The notes under the pieces are model-generated. The model made no database searches and was not told the DNA's origin. It saw nothing but the letters and a program-made list of their open reading frames with translations. Of a stretch of DNA of 64,000 nucleotides, positions 50,374-59,669 are shown one piece after another. Source of the stretch: an uncultured Thermomicrobiales bacterium. GTDB taxonomy: Bacteria > Chloroflexota > Chloroflexia > Thermomicrobiales > UBA6265. How positions within the stretch are numbered: position 1 is the first letter of the stretch; each line of letters opens with the position of its first letter. The DNA lies in assembly GCA_964244115.1 (NCBI GenBank), contig CAXTHM010000014.1, positions 330-64,329 of the forward strand. The letters run 5' to 3'. The position numbers and the translations under genes are program-made.

Positions 50374-53300
50374 ATGGGACAGTCCGGACTGGGCAACACG
50401 CCCGAGGTCGGTCGCCCACGCGGCGCGGTCTGGCGGTCGCTCGTCAGTGAAGGGATCGCCTGGGAGGGCCAGGTCACGATTGCCGGTGAGCACTCGGACC
50501 TCGCCGCCCGGCTGATCGTCACCGGGCAGCGCGTGGTCTTCGTCCGCAACGGGGCGATCGCGCTGGACGCAGAGCGGTCCTGGCTGGACCCGGCCCCGAC
50601 GATGGGCCGGAACGGCCGCGTCTCGCTCGCGATCTCGACGCCGAACGGCAATGGGCCGATCCCGGTCGAGATCCGGGTCCGGGACGGGAAGTTCGGGGCC
50701 ACCCGGCTGATCTCGAAACTGACGACCGATCCGGTCGAGGATAGTTCGCCGTTCGCTGCCCTGCCCCCACGGCAGCGGTCGCCGGAGCGGGCCGCCCGCC
50801 CGGGAGGAGCGGGCGAGCCGCTCTCCCCGGCGGGCACGGCCGGGCGAGTCCCATCCCGACCGGGACCGCAGCCGAGCCGGCCGGAATCGCGTCCGGCGGT
50901 GCCACCGGTCGCTAGCGCACCGTCGGAGATGTCCCACTTCGGGATACCGTCGACGGGACTCCCACCGATATCGACCCCGATCCCGGCGTTCGGGGTCGCG
51001 TCCCCTCTGCCGACCGAACGGTCCGGTCGTCCCGACGGCGCCCGCTCAGCCACCGGGCCTGCCGAGCGGGCGGGTGACGCCCACCCGAACAGTCCCTCTC
51101 CGGCCCTCAGCGTCGCCGCCATCAACCGGGCCTTCGGGGATCGCCCCGATGCGCCGACGAGCGCGAGCCGACTGACGGACTCGCCCGGGACGGCTCCGAC
51201 GAGGGCGAGCGAGAGCCCGACACGGTGGACGCTGGCGAGTGCCCTCCTGGCTCGCTCCGAGCCTGCGTCCGAACCCCCGACGGAGTTCGGCCCGGTGATC
51301 CCTCGGTCGACGGCGGGCGATGCCCTGGCCGTCCCGTCGCCCACCCGGCCAGTCGCGACGACCAGCGAGCGGCTCGCGCTGCCCGCCGGAGCCGGGCCCG
51401 CGTCATCGGGTCCGGCGACCCAGCGGGCGCTGGCGGTCCCGTCTTCCCTCCGGACGTCGGACCCGGTCCCGCACGCCCGGCCGCTCGAGTCGTCCGGCTC
51501 ACGGAGCATGCTGCCGGGTCTCCCGGCCGGGAACCAGCCGTCCGACCCCGCCAGCGACCGGCGCCCGGTCTCGGCGGCACCCTCGGGTCGGCTAGCGGGG
51601 AACAGCGTCATCACCGCCCGGTCATCGGCGGCGGCACGACAATCCGCCAAGCAGGGCGGCGGCGCGAAGCTCCGCCCGGAGGAGCTCTCGCCCCCGGCGG
51701 TCGCCCTGGCCGGTGCCCGGGCCGGTGTGCCGCTGGCGCCGCTGCCGGGGCCGGTCCCGGTCGGCGAGATCCCGGTCATGGCGGCGGAGCCTGGCGTCGA
51801 GGTCCGGCGAGGCTTCCTCGGCCGGCTGGCTGGCGACCGCGTCAGTGCCCGGGCGGCGTGGGGCGTCACCGCCTTCGCCCTCGTGGCGCTGACCGTCGCG
51901 GCTGGTCTCTATCTCGCCCTCGGCATCCCCACGGATGACGGCAACGGCGACGGCGGCCAGTCCGCCGGGCTGACGCAGCCGCCGGCGACCGGATCCGGTC
52001 AGATCGCGATCGTCGACGCGACGCCGTCCGCCACCAGCCGATCCGTCCCGACCCCCACGGCGACCAGCGCGGTCCCCCGTGGCGTCGGCGGCGAGCGCGG
52101 CGGCATCACCATCCCGACCCGGGCCGCCACCGTCGCGGTGTCGACGGACAGTGACGTCGCCGCTCCGGCGGCGACCGACCCGGCACCGGGCAGTGCGGGC
52201 GGTGGCGCCCCGGTTTCCGATGGAGACGCGGTCGAGACGGATGGCGTCTCATCCGGTGTCCCGTCGGCCTCGCCCTCCGAGATCGCCACGACGACGGCAC
52301 CGAGCGTCGAACCGAGCGTCGAACCGAGCGTCGAATCGACGGCCACCGCAACCACGGAGCCGACCGTCGTCCCACCCGAGACGACCGCGCCCACGGCCGA
52401 ACCGACCGTAACCGTGACCGAGGAACCGACCGCGACCGAGGAACCGACCGCGACCGAGGAACCGACCGCGACCGAGGAGCCGACCGCCACCACGGAGCCG
52501 GGCCCGAACGTCGAGCCGCAGCCCGCCACGGTCGAAGACGATGGCGTACCGTCCCAGGTCTTCACCGTCGGCTCGGTCCGCTACACGATCGAGTCCGTCG
52601 AGGCGGGCCCGACCATCCCCGAGATCAACCAGCCCCAGTCCCCGTTCGGGGGCGACTGGCTGGCGGTCGTCCTGACCGCCGCGAACTGGGGTGAGGGCGA
52701 CGCGGTGATCGACATGACCCAGTTCACCGCGTCGATCGGGAGTTCGGGTGAGACCGATCCCCTCGACACCTACAGCGAGACGGTCGCGATCCAGCTCGGC
52801 TTCCCACGGGTAGTCGGTGCGGCCGATCAGGTCTCGATCGCCCCCGGCGACGAGCTCCGGCTCGGGCTGCTGTACCTGACGGCGCAGGGTGCGTCGGGCT
52901 TCGTCCTGAACGCCGGCACCGCGACGGTCGATCTGACGGCCGCCTTCAATTCCTCCCTCCCGATGGGTCAGCTCGGGGATGAGCCCGTCCCGCCGGACCT
53001 GCTCGAAGCCACGGTCGTCGGGGTGATCGACGCGGTCACGGTCGAGGTCGAGGTCGACGGCGAGAAGGTGGCGGTCCGCTACACCGGCATGGTCGCGCCG
53101 GACGTCGGGAGCTGCTTCTCCGGCTCCTCGACCCTCGCCAACCGGGACCTCGTCATGGGCCAGACGGTCTGGCTGGAGCGCCAGAATGCCAACGTCGACG
53201 AGGACGGGTCCTGGCTGCGGGACGTCTGGATCGAGGGCGACTCCGGGTCACTGGAGCTCGTCGCCGCCACACTCGTCGCCGAGGGCGCGATCGACGCGGT

Positions 53301-53400
53301 CGTGGAGCGGCCCAACAGCCGCTACGCCGCCTACCTCGAGACGCTCGCGTTCATCGCCGAGTCCAACGGGACGGGCATCTGGGCGGGGTGCGACGCCTGA
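50374..53400 (+). CDS. large single-pass membrane protein: PH-like N-domain, long disordered region, TM, P/T/E-rich repeats, DUF4352-like and thermonuclease (SNase)-like ectodomains
   Basis: GAGGAGG RBS before ATG 50374. TM: VTAFALVALTVAAGLYLALGI. (TEEPTA)x4. ...GGDWLAVVLTAANWGEGDAVIDMTQF (DUF4352-like). VAVRYTGMVAPD...DEDGSWLRDVW...LVAEGAIDAVVERPNSRYAAYL...NGTGIWAGC (SNase-like). Confidence 0.7.
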   Translation: MGQSGLGNTPEVGRPRGAVWRSLVSEGIAWEGQVTIAGEHSDLAARLIVTGQRVVFVRNGAIALDAERSWLDPAPTMGRNGRVSLAISTPNGNGPIPVEIRVRDGKFGATRLISKLTTDPVEDSSPFAALPPRQRSPERAARPGGAGEPLSPAGTAGRVPSRPGPQPSRPESRPAVPPVASAPSEMSHFGIPSTGLPPISTPIPAFGVASPLPTERSGRPDGARSATGPAERAGDAHPNSPSPALSVAAINRAFGDRPDAPTSASRLTDSPGTAPTRASESPTRWTLASALLARSEPASEPPTEFGPVIPRSTAGDALAVPSPTRPVATTSERLALPAGAGPASSGPATQRALAVPSSLRTSDPVPHARPLESSGSRSMLPGLPAGNQPSDPASDRRPVSAAPSGRLAGNSVITARSSAAARQSAKQGGGAKLRPEELSPPAVALAGARAGVPLAPLPGPVPVGEIPVMAAEPGVEVRRGFLGRLAGDRVSARAAWGVTAFALVALTVAAGLYLALGIPTDDGNGDGGQSAGLTQPPATGSGQIAIVDATPSATSRSVPTPTATSAVPRGVGGERGGITIPTRAATVAVSTDSDVAAPAATDPAPGSAGGGAPVSDGDAVETDGVSSGVPSASPSEIATTTAPSVEPSVEPSVESTATATTEPTVVPPETTAPTAEPTVTVTEEPTATEEPTATEEPTATEEPTATTEPGPNVEPQPATVEDDGVPSQVFTVGSVRYTIESVEAGPTIPEINQPQSPFGGDWLAVVLTAANWGEGDAVIDMTQFTASIGSSGETDPLDTYSETVAIQLGFPRVVGAADQVSIAPGDELRLGLLYLTAQGASGFVLNAGTATVDLTAAFNSSLPMGQLGDEPVPPDLLEATVVGVIDAVTVEVEVDGEKVAVRYTGMVAPDVGSCFSGSSTLANRDLVMGQTVWLERQNANVDEDGSWLRDVWIEGDSGSLELVAATLVAEGAIDAVVERPNSRYAAYLETLAFIAESNGTGIWAGCDA
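52300..52335 (+). repeat. in-frame tandem repeat, 12 bp x 3 (PSVE)
   Basis: CCGAGCGTCGAA repeated three times exactly. Confidence 0.9.
52417..52488 (+). repeat. in-frame tandem repeat, 18 bp x 4 (TEEPTA)
   Basis: ACCGAGGAACCGACCGCG x3, then ACCGAGGAGCCGACCGCC. Confidence 0.9.
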
Positions 53401-53579
53401 CGGTCTCGCGGGAGCACGCGATACCGATCGGAACGGGGCGGGGACGCAGGTCCTCGCCCCGTTCCCCTGTCCGGTCGGCCCTGTCCAGACCGGACGACGG
53501 TGCCTACAATCAGCACCGTTCTACTGCATCCCGACGACCGGACCCGACGTCGAGCCCGGTCACGCCCCGGAGACCTCCC

Positions 53580-54488
53580 ATGCGCATCGAGATGATCATC
53601 CCGCCGGCCTTCTCGTCCGGCCGCCCGGCCGACCAGCGCACCAGCGGCCTCGGCACGACCGGCGATGCCTACCTCGCCGACGGGCTGCCCGGACGACTCG
53701 GCGCCTACGCCGAGGTGACCGTCCAGGACTTGCAGGCCGCGGCGACTCACGCGCCGGCCGACCCGATCCCGAGGCTGGAGGCGATCAACGCCGCGATCGC
53801 CCGGTCGGTCTCCGGGGCGATCACCGGCGGCTCCGCCCCGCTCCTGACCGGCGGCTCCTGCGTCTCGCTGCCGGGGATGCTCGGCGGGATGCAGATCGGC
53901 TACGGCCCGACCGCCCGGATCGGCCTCGTCTGGTTCGACGCCCACGGCGACTTCAACACCCCGAAGACGACGCTGACCGGGATGCTGGGCGGGATGCCCG
54001 TCGCCGTCAGCGCCGGGCTCTGCTACCCGACCTGGCGCGTCGCCGCCGGGCTCGAGCTGCCGATCCCGACCGAACGGATCATCATGGTCGATGTCCGGAA
54101 CCTCGACCCGGCCGAGCGGACCCTGATCGAGGCGACCGACATCACGGTCGTCGATGTCCCGGGCCGGTCCGCCACATCGTCGCCGTTCGCCGGGGCCGTC
54201 GCCGTGATGGCCGCGTCGGTCGACCACATCTACCTCCACATCGACGCCGACGTCCTCGACGCCCGCTATCAGCCCAACCACCCGACGGTCGAGCCCGACG
54301 GCCCCAGTCTGGAGGATGTCAACGCGGCGATGGACATCGTCCTCGGGACCGGGAAGGTCCGGGCATTCGGCGTCGTCTCCGTCAATGCCGAAGGGCCGGA
54401 GGGACCGGTCGCGCTGGCGAGCGGCATGGCGATGATCGAATCGGCGATCGCGACCTGGACCGGCGTCGAGCCCGTCGCGGCCAGGTAG
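53580..54488 (+). CDS. arginase/agmatinase/formiminoglutamase-family ureohydrolase
   Basis: GLVWFDAHGDFNTP (DAHxD), IIMVDVRNLDP, IYLHIDADVLD (DxDxxD). ATG at 53580 inside the track ORF. Confidence 0.8.
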   Translation: MRIEMIIPPAFSSGRPADQRTSGLGTTGDAYLADGLPGRLGAYAEVTVQDLQAAATHAPADPIPRLEAINAAIARSVSGAITGGSAPLLTGGSCVSLPGMLGGMQIGYGPTARIGLVWFDAHGDFNTPKTTLTGMLGGMPVAVSAGLCYPTWRVAAGLELPIPTERIIMVDVRNLDPAERTLIEATDITVVDVPGRSATSSPFAGAVAVMAASVDHIYLHIDADVLDARYQPNHPTVEPDGPSLEDVNAAMDIVLGTGKVRAFGVVSVNAEGPEGPVALASGMAMIESAIATWTGVEPVAAR

Positions 54489-54652
54489 CCGGAGTCGTCA
54501 TCCCCGGCAGCGCCACGGACCGGGTACCTGTGTGCCGATCACTCCGCTCATGGCGGCCGATCCACCACGGCCCGTGACGCTGCCGGACACCCTTCGCCCT
54601 ATAATCGTCTGCATTGCGTCTGGACGGTTGGTTGTCGTGCGGGAGGACGAGT

Positions 54653-55105
54653 GTGGCGGACGACTTGCGGGCGCTGCTGAACTACATCGTGGTGCATTAT
54701 GTCGTCCCGGATGAGCAACGCGCGATCGAACTCGATGCGGCCCCGAGCGGCGACGGCGCGATGATCGAGGACGACAAGCGCTCCGCCTCGCGCCGGGAGG
54801 CGGAGCGGGCCGACGAGTTCGCGGCGCCGTTCGCGGACGGGCTCGTCATCGCCCACCACCGGGCGACGATGGGCGGCAAGACGCTGCCGCTGGACGACCG
54901 CAAGCCGCACGAGGACGCGATGGCGACCGCCCTGATCCGCTTCCTCGTCAGCAACGACCTGGCCACGTCACGGACCGAGGAGACGGACGCGCAGCGCTAC
55001 ACCTATCATGTCGCCGTCCGGTGGGACCGGCTCGAAGCCGTCTCCGGCGAGGCGGGCATCGACCTCGCCCGCGCCCTTGCCCGGCACCACCCCGCGTCCG
55101 AGTAG
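54653..55105 (+). CDS. hypothetical protein
   Basis: 150 aa from GTG 54653 (GGGAGGA RBS 5 nt upstream). Strong GC3 bias, no motif recognised. Confidence 0.5.
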   Translation: MADDLRALLNYIVVHYVVPDEQRAIELDAAPSGDGAMIEDDKRSASRREAERADEFAAPFADGLVIAHHRATMGGKTLPLDDRKPHEDAMATALIRFLVSNDLATSRTEETDAQRYTYHVAVRWDRLEAVSGEAGIDLARALARHHPASE

Positions 55106-55188
55106 CGTCGGTTATCGTCCGTTTCACCGGCCCTGAAGGGCAGCGGAGCGAGCCGGCTGAAGGACATTCGTGGCGATGTCGGTGAACC

Positions 55189-56400
55189 ATGCGACGCCAC
55201 GTCTATGCGGCGTCGGACGGGAGGTGCCGACCAATGTCCTTCAGCCGGACCCTTCAGGGCCGGTCCCACCGGCTGGCCGATGGCTCGCAGATCTCCGTCT
55301 GTACCTTGCGGGCATCCGCCGGAACAGAGGCTCCCGTGACACGATCACCCGACACGACGCCACCGACCGACGACCGCCAGGACGACGACCGCCCGACGCC
55401 GACGCTCCGGCCGCGGGTCCGTTCCCGACGACGGGACATCTCCCGATTGCGCTCGACCACCCGTGAGCCGGGCCAGCCCCCGGTCGGTCTGAACCGCGAC
55501 GCGTCGGAGGATGGAGACCGTCCAACGCCTCCAGTATCCGGAGCGGTCGCCCGGAAACCGACGCGGCGGGCGCGGCCGACCGAACCCGATCCGATCGAGG
55601 ACGGGCCGGTGATCCTCGACCCGACCGAGCAGCGCGCTCCCGCCTTCGCCGACCACGCCGACCTGCACTTCGACGACCTGGAGCCGCTGCGACTCGCCCT
55701 CACCCATCGCTCGATCCTGCATGACTGGGCCGCGGCCGGCCTGGGCGCGATCCACCTCGGCCGGCCGCTGCAATCCAACGAGCGGCTGGAGTTCCTCGGC
55801 GACGCCATGCTCGGCGCGATCGTGGCCGAGGAGCTCTACCTCCGCTTCCCCGATGCCGATGAGGGCACCCTGACCTCGGACCGCGTCGCGCTCGTCCGCT
55901 CGGAGACGCTCGTCCGCTGGGCCCGGTCGCTCGACCTCGGTGCGTACCTGATCCTCGGCAACGGCGAGCGGATCTCGGACAGCCCGCGGGACCGGATCCT
56001 GGCCGGCGCCTTCGAGGCCCTCGTCGGGGCGATCACGATCGACCAGGGGCTGGAGTCGGCCCGGGCGTTCGTCGGACGCTTCCTTGATGAGGACGCCGAC
56101 ACGGTCGACGGGCAGCGCCGGAGCGAGAGCAACCCCAAGGGGCATCTCCAGGAGCTGCTCCAGGACCGCTACGGGACCCAGCCGACCTACGAGACCATCG
56201 GCGAGTCCGGCCCGGACCACGACAAGGTCTTCACCATCGAGGTCCACCTCAAGGGGGAGCGCATCGGAACCGGCAGCGGCGTCAGCAAGCGAGCCGCCCA
56301 GCAGGACGCCGCCCGGGACGGGCTCCTGACGCTGGAGGCGCGGTTCGCGGACCACCGTTCGGTGCGAACCGCTCTCACCGACGACGAGCCAGCAGGTTAA
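55189..56400 (+). CDS. rnc: ribonuclease III (with long basic/Pro-rich N-terminal extension; start uncertain)
   Basis: LRLALTHRS, NERLEFLGDAMLGAIVAEELY signature, SGPDHDKVFTIEVHLKGERIGTGSGVSKRAAQQDAARDGL dsRBD. The catalytic core begins ~150 aa after ATG 55189. An in-frame GTG at 55609 would give a conventional 263-aa protein. Confidence 0.85.
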   Translation: MRRHVYAASDGRCRPMSFSRTLQGRSHRLADGSQISVCTLRASAGTEAPVTRSPDTTPPTDDRQDDDRPTPTLRPRVRSRRRDISRLRSTTREPGQPPVGLNRDASEDGDRPTPPVSGAVARKPTRRARPTEPDPIEDGPVILDPTEQRAPAFADHADLHFDDLEPLRLALTHRSILHDWAAAGLGAIHLGRPLQSNERLEFLGDAMLGAIVAEELYLRFPDADEGTLTSDRVALVRSETLVRWARSLDLGAYLILGNGERISDSPRDRILAGAFEALVGAITIDQGLESARAFVGRFLDEDADTVDGQRRSESNPKGHLQELLQDRYGTQPTYETIGESGPDHDKVFTIEVHLKGERIGTGSGVSKRAAQQDAARDGLLTLEARFADHRSVRTALTDDEPAG

Positions 56401-56437
56401 CGCGGACGATTCGAAGCGACCGTGTCCATGCACCCGG

Positions 56438-56464
56438 ACCGAACACCGGCGCCGGTTTTTCGGT
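56438..56464 (+). terminator. intrinsic terminator-like hairpin with T5 run after rnc
   Basis: ACCGAACACCGGCGCCGGTTTTTCGGT. Confidence 0.5.
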
Positions 56465-56608
56465 AGGCTATGTCCGGGCGGGCAACCGTGCGGTGGAACG
56501 GGGCGGATCGCACCGGACACCCCGGTGTGACCACCAGGATCCACTCTGCCCGGTAGCGGCGGATCAGGCTCGATGACACCGGCGACGGTCTCCGGCGGAG
56601 GGTAGACG

Positions 56609-57610
56609 GTGAGCAAGCTCTACGATCAGCTGGTCGTGTTCGGCGGCAATACCAACCCGGCCCTGGTCGATGACATCTGCGCGCACATCGGGATCCCCCG
56701 GGGCCGCGCCGACGTCTTCAAGTTCAGCAACGACAACACCTTCGTCCGGATCGGCGAGAGCGTCCGCGGCAACGACGCCTTCGTCGTCCAGACGCTGGCC
56801 GAGCCGGTCAACGACTCCGTGATGGAGTTGCTGATCATGATCGACACGCTCCGGTCGTCCTCCGCCGGGCGGATCACGGCCGTCATCCCCTACTACGGCT
56901 ACGGCCGGAGCGACAAGAAGGATCAGCCCCGCGTACCGGTCACGGCCCGGCTGGTCGCCAAGCTGATCGAGACGGCGGGGGCCGACCGCGTCCTGACCCT
57001 CGACCTCCACGCCGGCCAGATCCAGGCGTTCTTCGACGTCCCGGTCGACGAGATGACGGCGCTCTACCTGCTGGCGCACTACTTCGTCGAGAAGCGTCTG
57101 GTCAATCCGGTGATCGTCTCCCCGGACCTGGGCAGCACCAAGCGCGGCCGGACCTTCGCCGAGGTGCTGGACGCGCCGCTGGCGATCATCGAGAAGCGGC
57201 GGATCGGCAACAGCGGCCGGTCCGAGGTCGTCAACCTGATCGGCTCCGTCGCCGGCCACCCGGTCATCATCGTCGACGACGAGATCGACACCGCGGGCTC
57301 GATCACCCAGGCGGCCGATGTCTGCCTCCGGAACGGCGCCTCCGAGGTCTACGCCACCGCGATCCACCCGGTCTTCTCCGGCCCGGCGATCGCCCGGCTC
57401 CAGGCCAGCCCGCTGCGCGAGATCGTGGTGACGAACAGCATCGCCCTGCCCGAGGCCAAGCGGATCGACAAGATCACGACGCTCTCGATCGCTCCCCTGC
57501 TCGGCGAGGTGATCCAGCGCATCCACACCGGTACCAGCGTCTCGGCCGCCTACCGGGCCGCCGAGGCCCTCCAGAGCCGTCTGCTGTTCGGCTCCGTCTC
57601 TGGCCTGTGA
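56609..57610 (+). CDS. prs: ribose-phosphate pyrophosphokinase
   Basis: KFSNDNTFVRIGESVRGNDAFVVQT, YYGYGRSDKKD, LDLHAGQIQAFF, PVIIVDDEIDTAGS. GTG start. Confidence 0.9.
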   Translation: MSKLYDQLVVFGGNTNPALVDDICAHIGIPRGRADVFKFSNDNTFVRIGESVRGNDAFVVQTLAEPVNDSVMELLIMIDTLRSSSAGRITAVIPYYGYGRSDKKDQPRVPVTARLVAKLIETAGADRVLTLDLHAGQIQAFFDVPVDEMTALYLLAHYFVEKRLVNPVIVSPDLGSTKRGRTFAEVLDAPLAIIEKRRIGNSGRSEVVNLIGSVAGHPVIIVDDEIDTAGSITQAADVCLRNGASEVYATAIHPVFSGPAIARLQASPLREIVVTNSIALPEAKRIDKITTLSIAPLLGEVIQRIHTGTSVSAAYRAAEALQSRLLFGSVSGL

Positions 57611-58071
57611 GCGGCGAGTCTCGTCGCCCACGTACTACCAACGGTGTGCCGGACACTACTCCCGGAGAGAACTGCACGTTCTGCCTGGCGAATGGCGTCC
57701 TGCAGGGAGACATCATGGCCCGGAACGATCTGTGTTACTGCGTCGAGTCGATCGACCCGGTCCTACGGACAGCGGCCATGATCATCCCGGTTCGTCATGT
57801 TGCAACGCCGTTCGACCTCAGGGCCGACGAGTGGCAGTCGACGCACGATCTGCTGCGTGAAGTCAGGGAGTTCCTGGAGCGAGCCGATCCATCCGGTTAC
57901 ACCATCGGCTGGAGTTCGTTACCCGTGGCTCACGCGCACCTGCACGTGATCGCGCGGTTCGCCGACGAACCGCTGAGAGGCCAAGGGCTGCGCTACGCGC
58001 TCAAGCAGGAGTCGAACCGGCGTCTAACGCCCAAAAGAACGAATGTTCTCCCATTAGAGACGGAGCTGTGA
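57607..58071 (+). CDS. HIT-family (histidine triad) protein
   Basis: CTFCL..., IIPVRHV, HAHLHVIARF (HxHxHxx). GTGA overlap with the prs stop. Confidence 0.8.
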   Translation: MSGESRRPRTTNGVPDTTPGENCTFCLANGVLQGDIMARNDLCYCVESIDPVLRTAAMIIPVRHVATPFDLRADEWQSTHDLLREVREFLERADPSGYTIGWSSLPVAHAHLHVIARFADEPLRGQGLRYALKQESNRRLTPKRTNVLPLETEL

Positions 58072-58088
58072 AGGGGGTCCCGGCGATC

Positions 58089-58125
58089 TTGACGAATACG
58101 CTAGGACTGGGTAGTGTACGTACAC
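58089..58125 (+). promoter_or_regulatory. candidate sigma-70-type promoter with overlapping perfect palindrome upstream of dcd
   Basis: TTGACG (58089-58094), 17-nt spacer, TAGTGT (58112-58117). GTGTACGTACAC (58114-58125) overlaps the -10, 72 nt before the dcd ATG. Confidence 0.35.
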
Positions 58126-58196
58126 ATGGGCTGGCCAGCGGGTCGGGGTCACCGTCGCTGCCGCGGGCATGGCCATCACACAGGACGAGGTCGGAC

Positions 58197-58847
58197 ATGG
58201 TGCTCTCGGATCGCGACATTCTCAAGGCGCTTGAATCCGGCCGGATCAAGATCGACCCGGTTCCCGACCTCGCGACGCAGCTTGGGTCGGTCTCGATCGA
58301 CTTCCGGCTCGGGACGACGTTCATGGTCTTCGAGCACAGCCGCTACAGCTTCATCGACCCGCGCCAGCCGCAGTCGATCGGCGACGCGATGCGGACGATC
58401 GAGGTGGCCGAGGACGAGCCGTTCATGATGCAGCCGGGCGACTTCGCGCTGGCATCGACGATCGAATCGCTGGAGCTCGACGACGCGATCCTGGGCCGAC
58501 TCGAAGGCCGATCGAGCATCGCCCGGCTCGGCATCACGGTCCACTCGACGGCGGCCGTCTTCGAGCCGGGTTGGCGCGGGACGGCGACGATGGAACTGAG
58601 TAACCTCGGCCGGATGGCAGTCGCGCTCTATCCGGGGATGCGGATCTGCTCGTTCTCGTTCGAGGAGGTCTCGTCGCCGGTGATGGTGCCGTACCACGCC
58701 AAGCGCAACGCCAAGTACGCTGGGCAGAGCACCCCACGGGCGAGCCTGCTGGCCGACGAAGGCCGCCGCGACGGGCAACCGACCGCGACGGGACCGCACG
58801 GGGAGGACGACCTCGTCCTCGACCCGATCAGCGGGTCGACGCGGTAA
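58197..58847 (+). CDS. dcd: dCTP deaminase
   Basis: MVLSDRDILKALESGRIKIDP, SIDFRLG, GRSSIARLGITVHSTA, GWRGTATMELSN. About 25-aa C-terminal extension. Confidence 0.85.
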   Translation: MVLSDRDILKALESGRIKIDPVPDLATQLGSVSIDFRLGTTFMVFEHSRYSFIDPRQPQSIGDAMRTIEVAEDEPFMMQPGDFALASTIESLELDDAILGRLEGRSSIARLGITVHSTAAVFEPGWRGTATMELSNLGRMAVALYPGMRICSFSFEEVSSPVMVPYHAKRNAKYAGQSTPRASLLADEGRRDGQPTATGPHGEDDLVLDPISGSTR

Positions 58848-58887
58848 CAGACGTCTGCATATCTCCACATGGGAGTTATCAACGCAG

Positions 58888-58924
58888 GAGGACGGCGCTG
58901 GGGAATGTCCCTGGCGCCGTCCTC
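58888..58924 (+). terminator. hairpin after dcd
   Basis: GAGGACGGCGC-(15 nt)-GCGCCGTCCTC followed by TGTTGT. Confidence 0.45.
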
Positions 58925-59022
58925 TGTTGTCGGAAGAGGCGTCGACTGGCAGGTGCCAGCGAGGAGAGCAGGACCTCTAAGGTCAGGCTACCCGTCTGAC
59001 ATCGCTATCGGGCAAGGGTCAG

Positions 59023-59038
59023 CGTTTCACGTGAAACG
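59023..59038. promoter_or_regulatory. perfect 16-bp palindrome CGTTTCACGTGAAACG (candidate operator)
   Basis: One of three copies of the GTTTCACGTGAAAC core in 1.4 kb. Lies about 150 nt upstream of the 59184 gene. Confidence 0.4.
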
Positions 59039-59183
59039 TCGCCTGAACCGGGGGACAACGGGAAGGGCCGGGAATACGATGCCATTGGCGAACGACGTAA
59101 CCCACCAGCGATACTAGTCCGGACGAGACCTTTGGCCAGACGGCCTCCCCATTCCCACCGATTCCCATGGAGATTCAACCCGC

Positions 59184-59564
59184 ATGACCACGACGATTGG
59201 ACTCCGCGAGCGCCTGCTCCCGATGCTGCGCTACGTCGCGCGGGAGTATGAACTGCGGACGCCGGACGGCTACCCGGAGGTGATCGACGAGCCAGCGCAG
59301 GGGATCGTCGGCCTGGCGCTCGACCCAAGCTTCACCCTGTTCTTCACCCAGCAGGACGACGGGTGGGACGTGCAATTGACCCGGCGGAACGCGCGCACCG
59401 ACGCCCGCTCCAGCGCCAGCACGATGCGACACGGCGGCGCGCCGCTGCGAGACAGCCGGGTGCTGCCGGACGATGTCTCCGATCAGACGCTGCGCAACCT
59501 GATCGCAGAACTCAAGTCCCACTTCAACCAGCAGCCGGGCCTGATCCACATCTCCGACTCGTAG
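59184..59564 (+). CDS. hypothetical protein
   Basis: 126-aa ORF, GC3-biased, no motif recognised. Confidence 0.5.
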   Translation: MTTTIGLRERLLPMLRYVAREYELRTPDGYPEVIDEPAQGIVGLALDPSFTLFFTQQDDGWDVQLTRRNARTDARSSASTMRHGGAPLRDSRVLPDDVSDQTLRNLIAELKSHFNQQPGLIHISDS

Positions 59565-59602
59565 GGCGCTCCCGATACTCGATTGATGTCGTTGAGCCGA
59601 AG

Positions 59603-59643
59603 ACAGCAGGACGGGGTGGCCACTGCGGCCACCCCGTCCTGCT
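59603..59643. terminator. bidirectional terminator-like hairpin (18-bp perfect stem) between convergent genes
   Basis: CAGCAGGACGGGGTGGCC-ACTGC-GGCCACCCCGTCCTGCTG. Confidence 0.6.
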
Positions 59644-59669
59644 GCTCCGCGATACCGACTGGTTGGACG

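Noticed and set aside
49884-51869. 661-aa minus-strand ORF
   Set aside because: It is antisense to the N-terminal half of the 1008-aa protein, and its 3' part runs through repeat-filled intergenic DNA. No motifs. The + strand gene has an excellent RBS and domain content.
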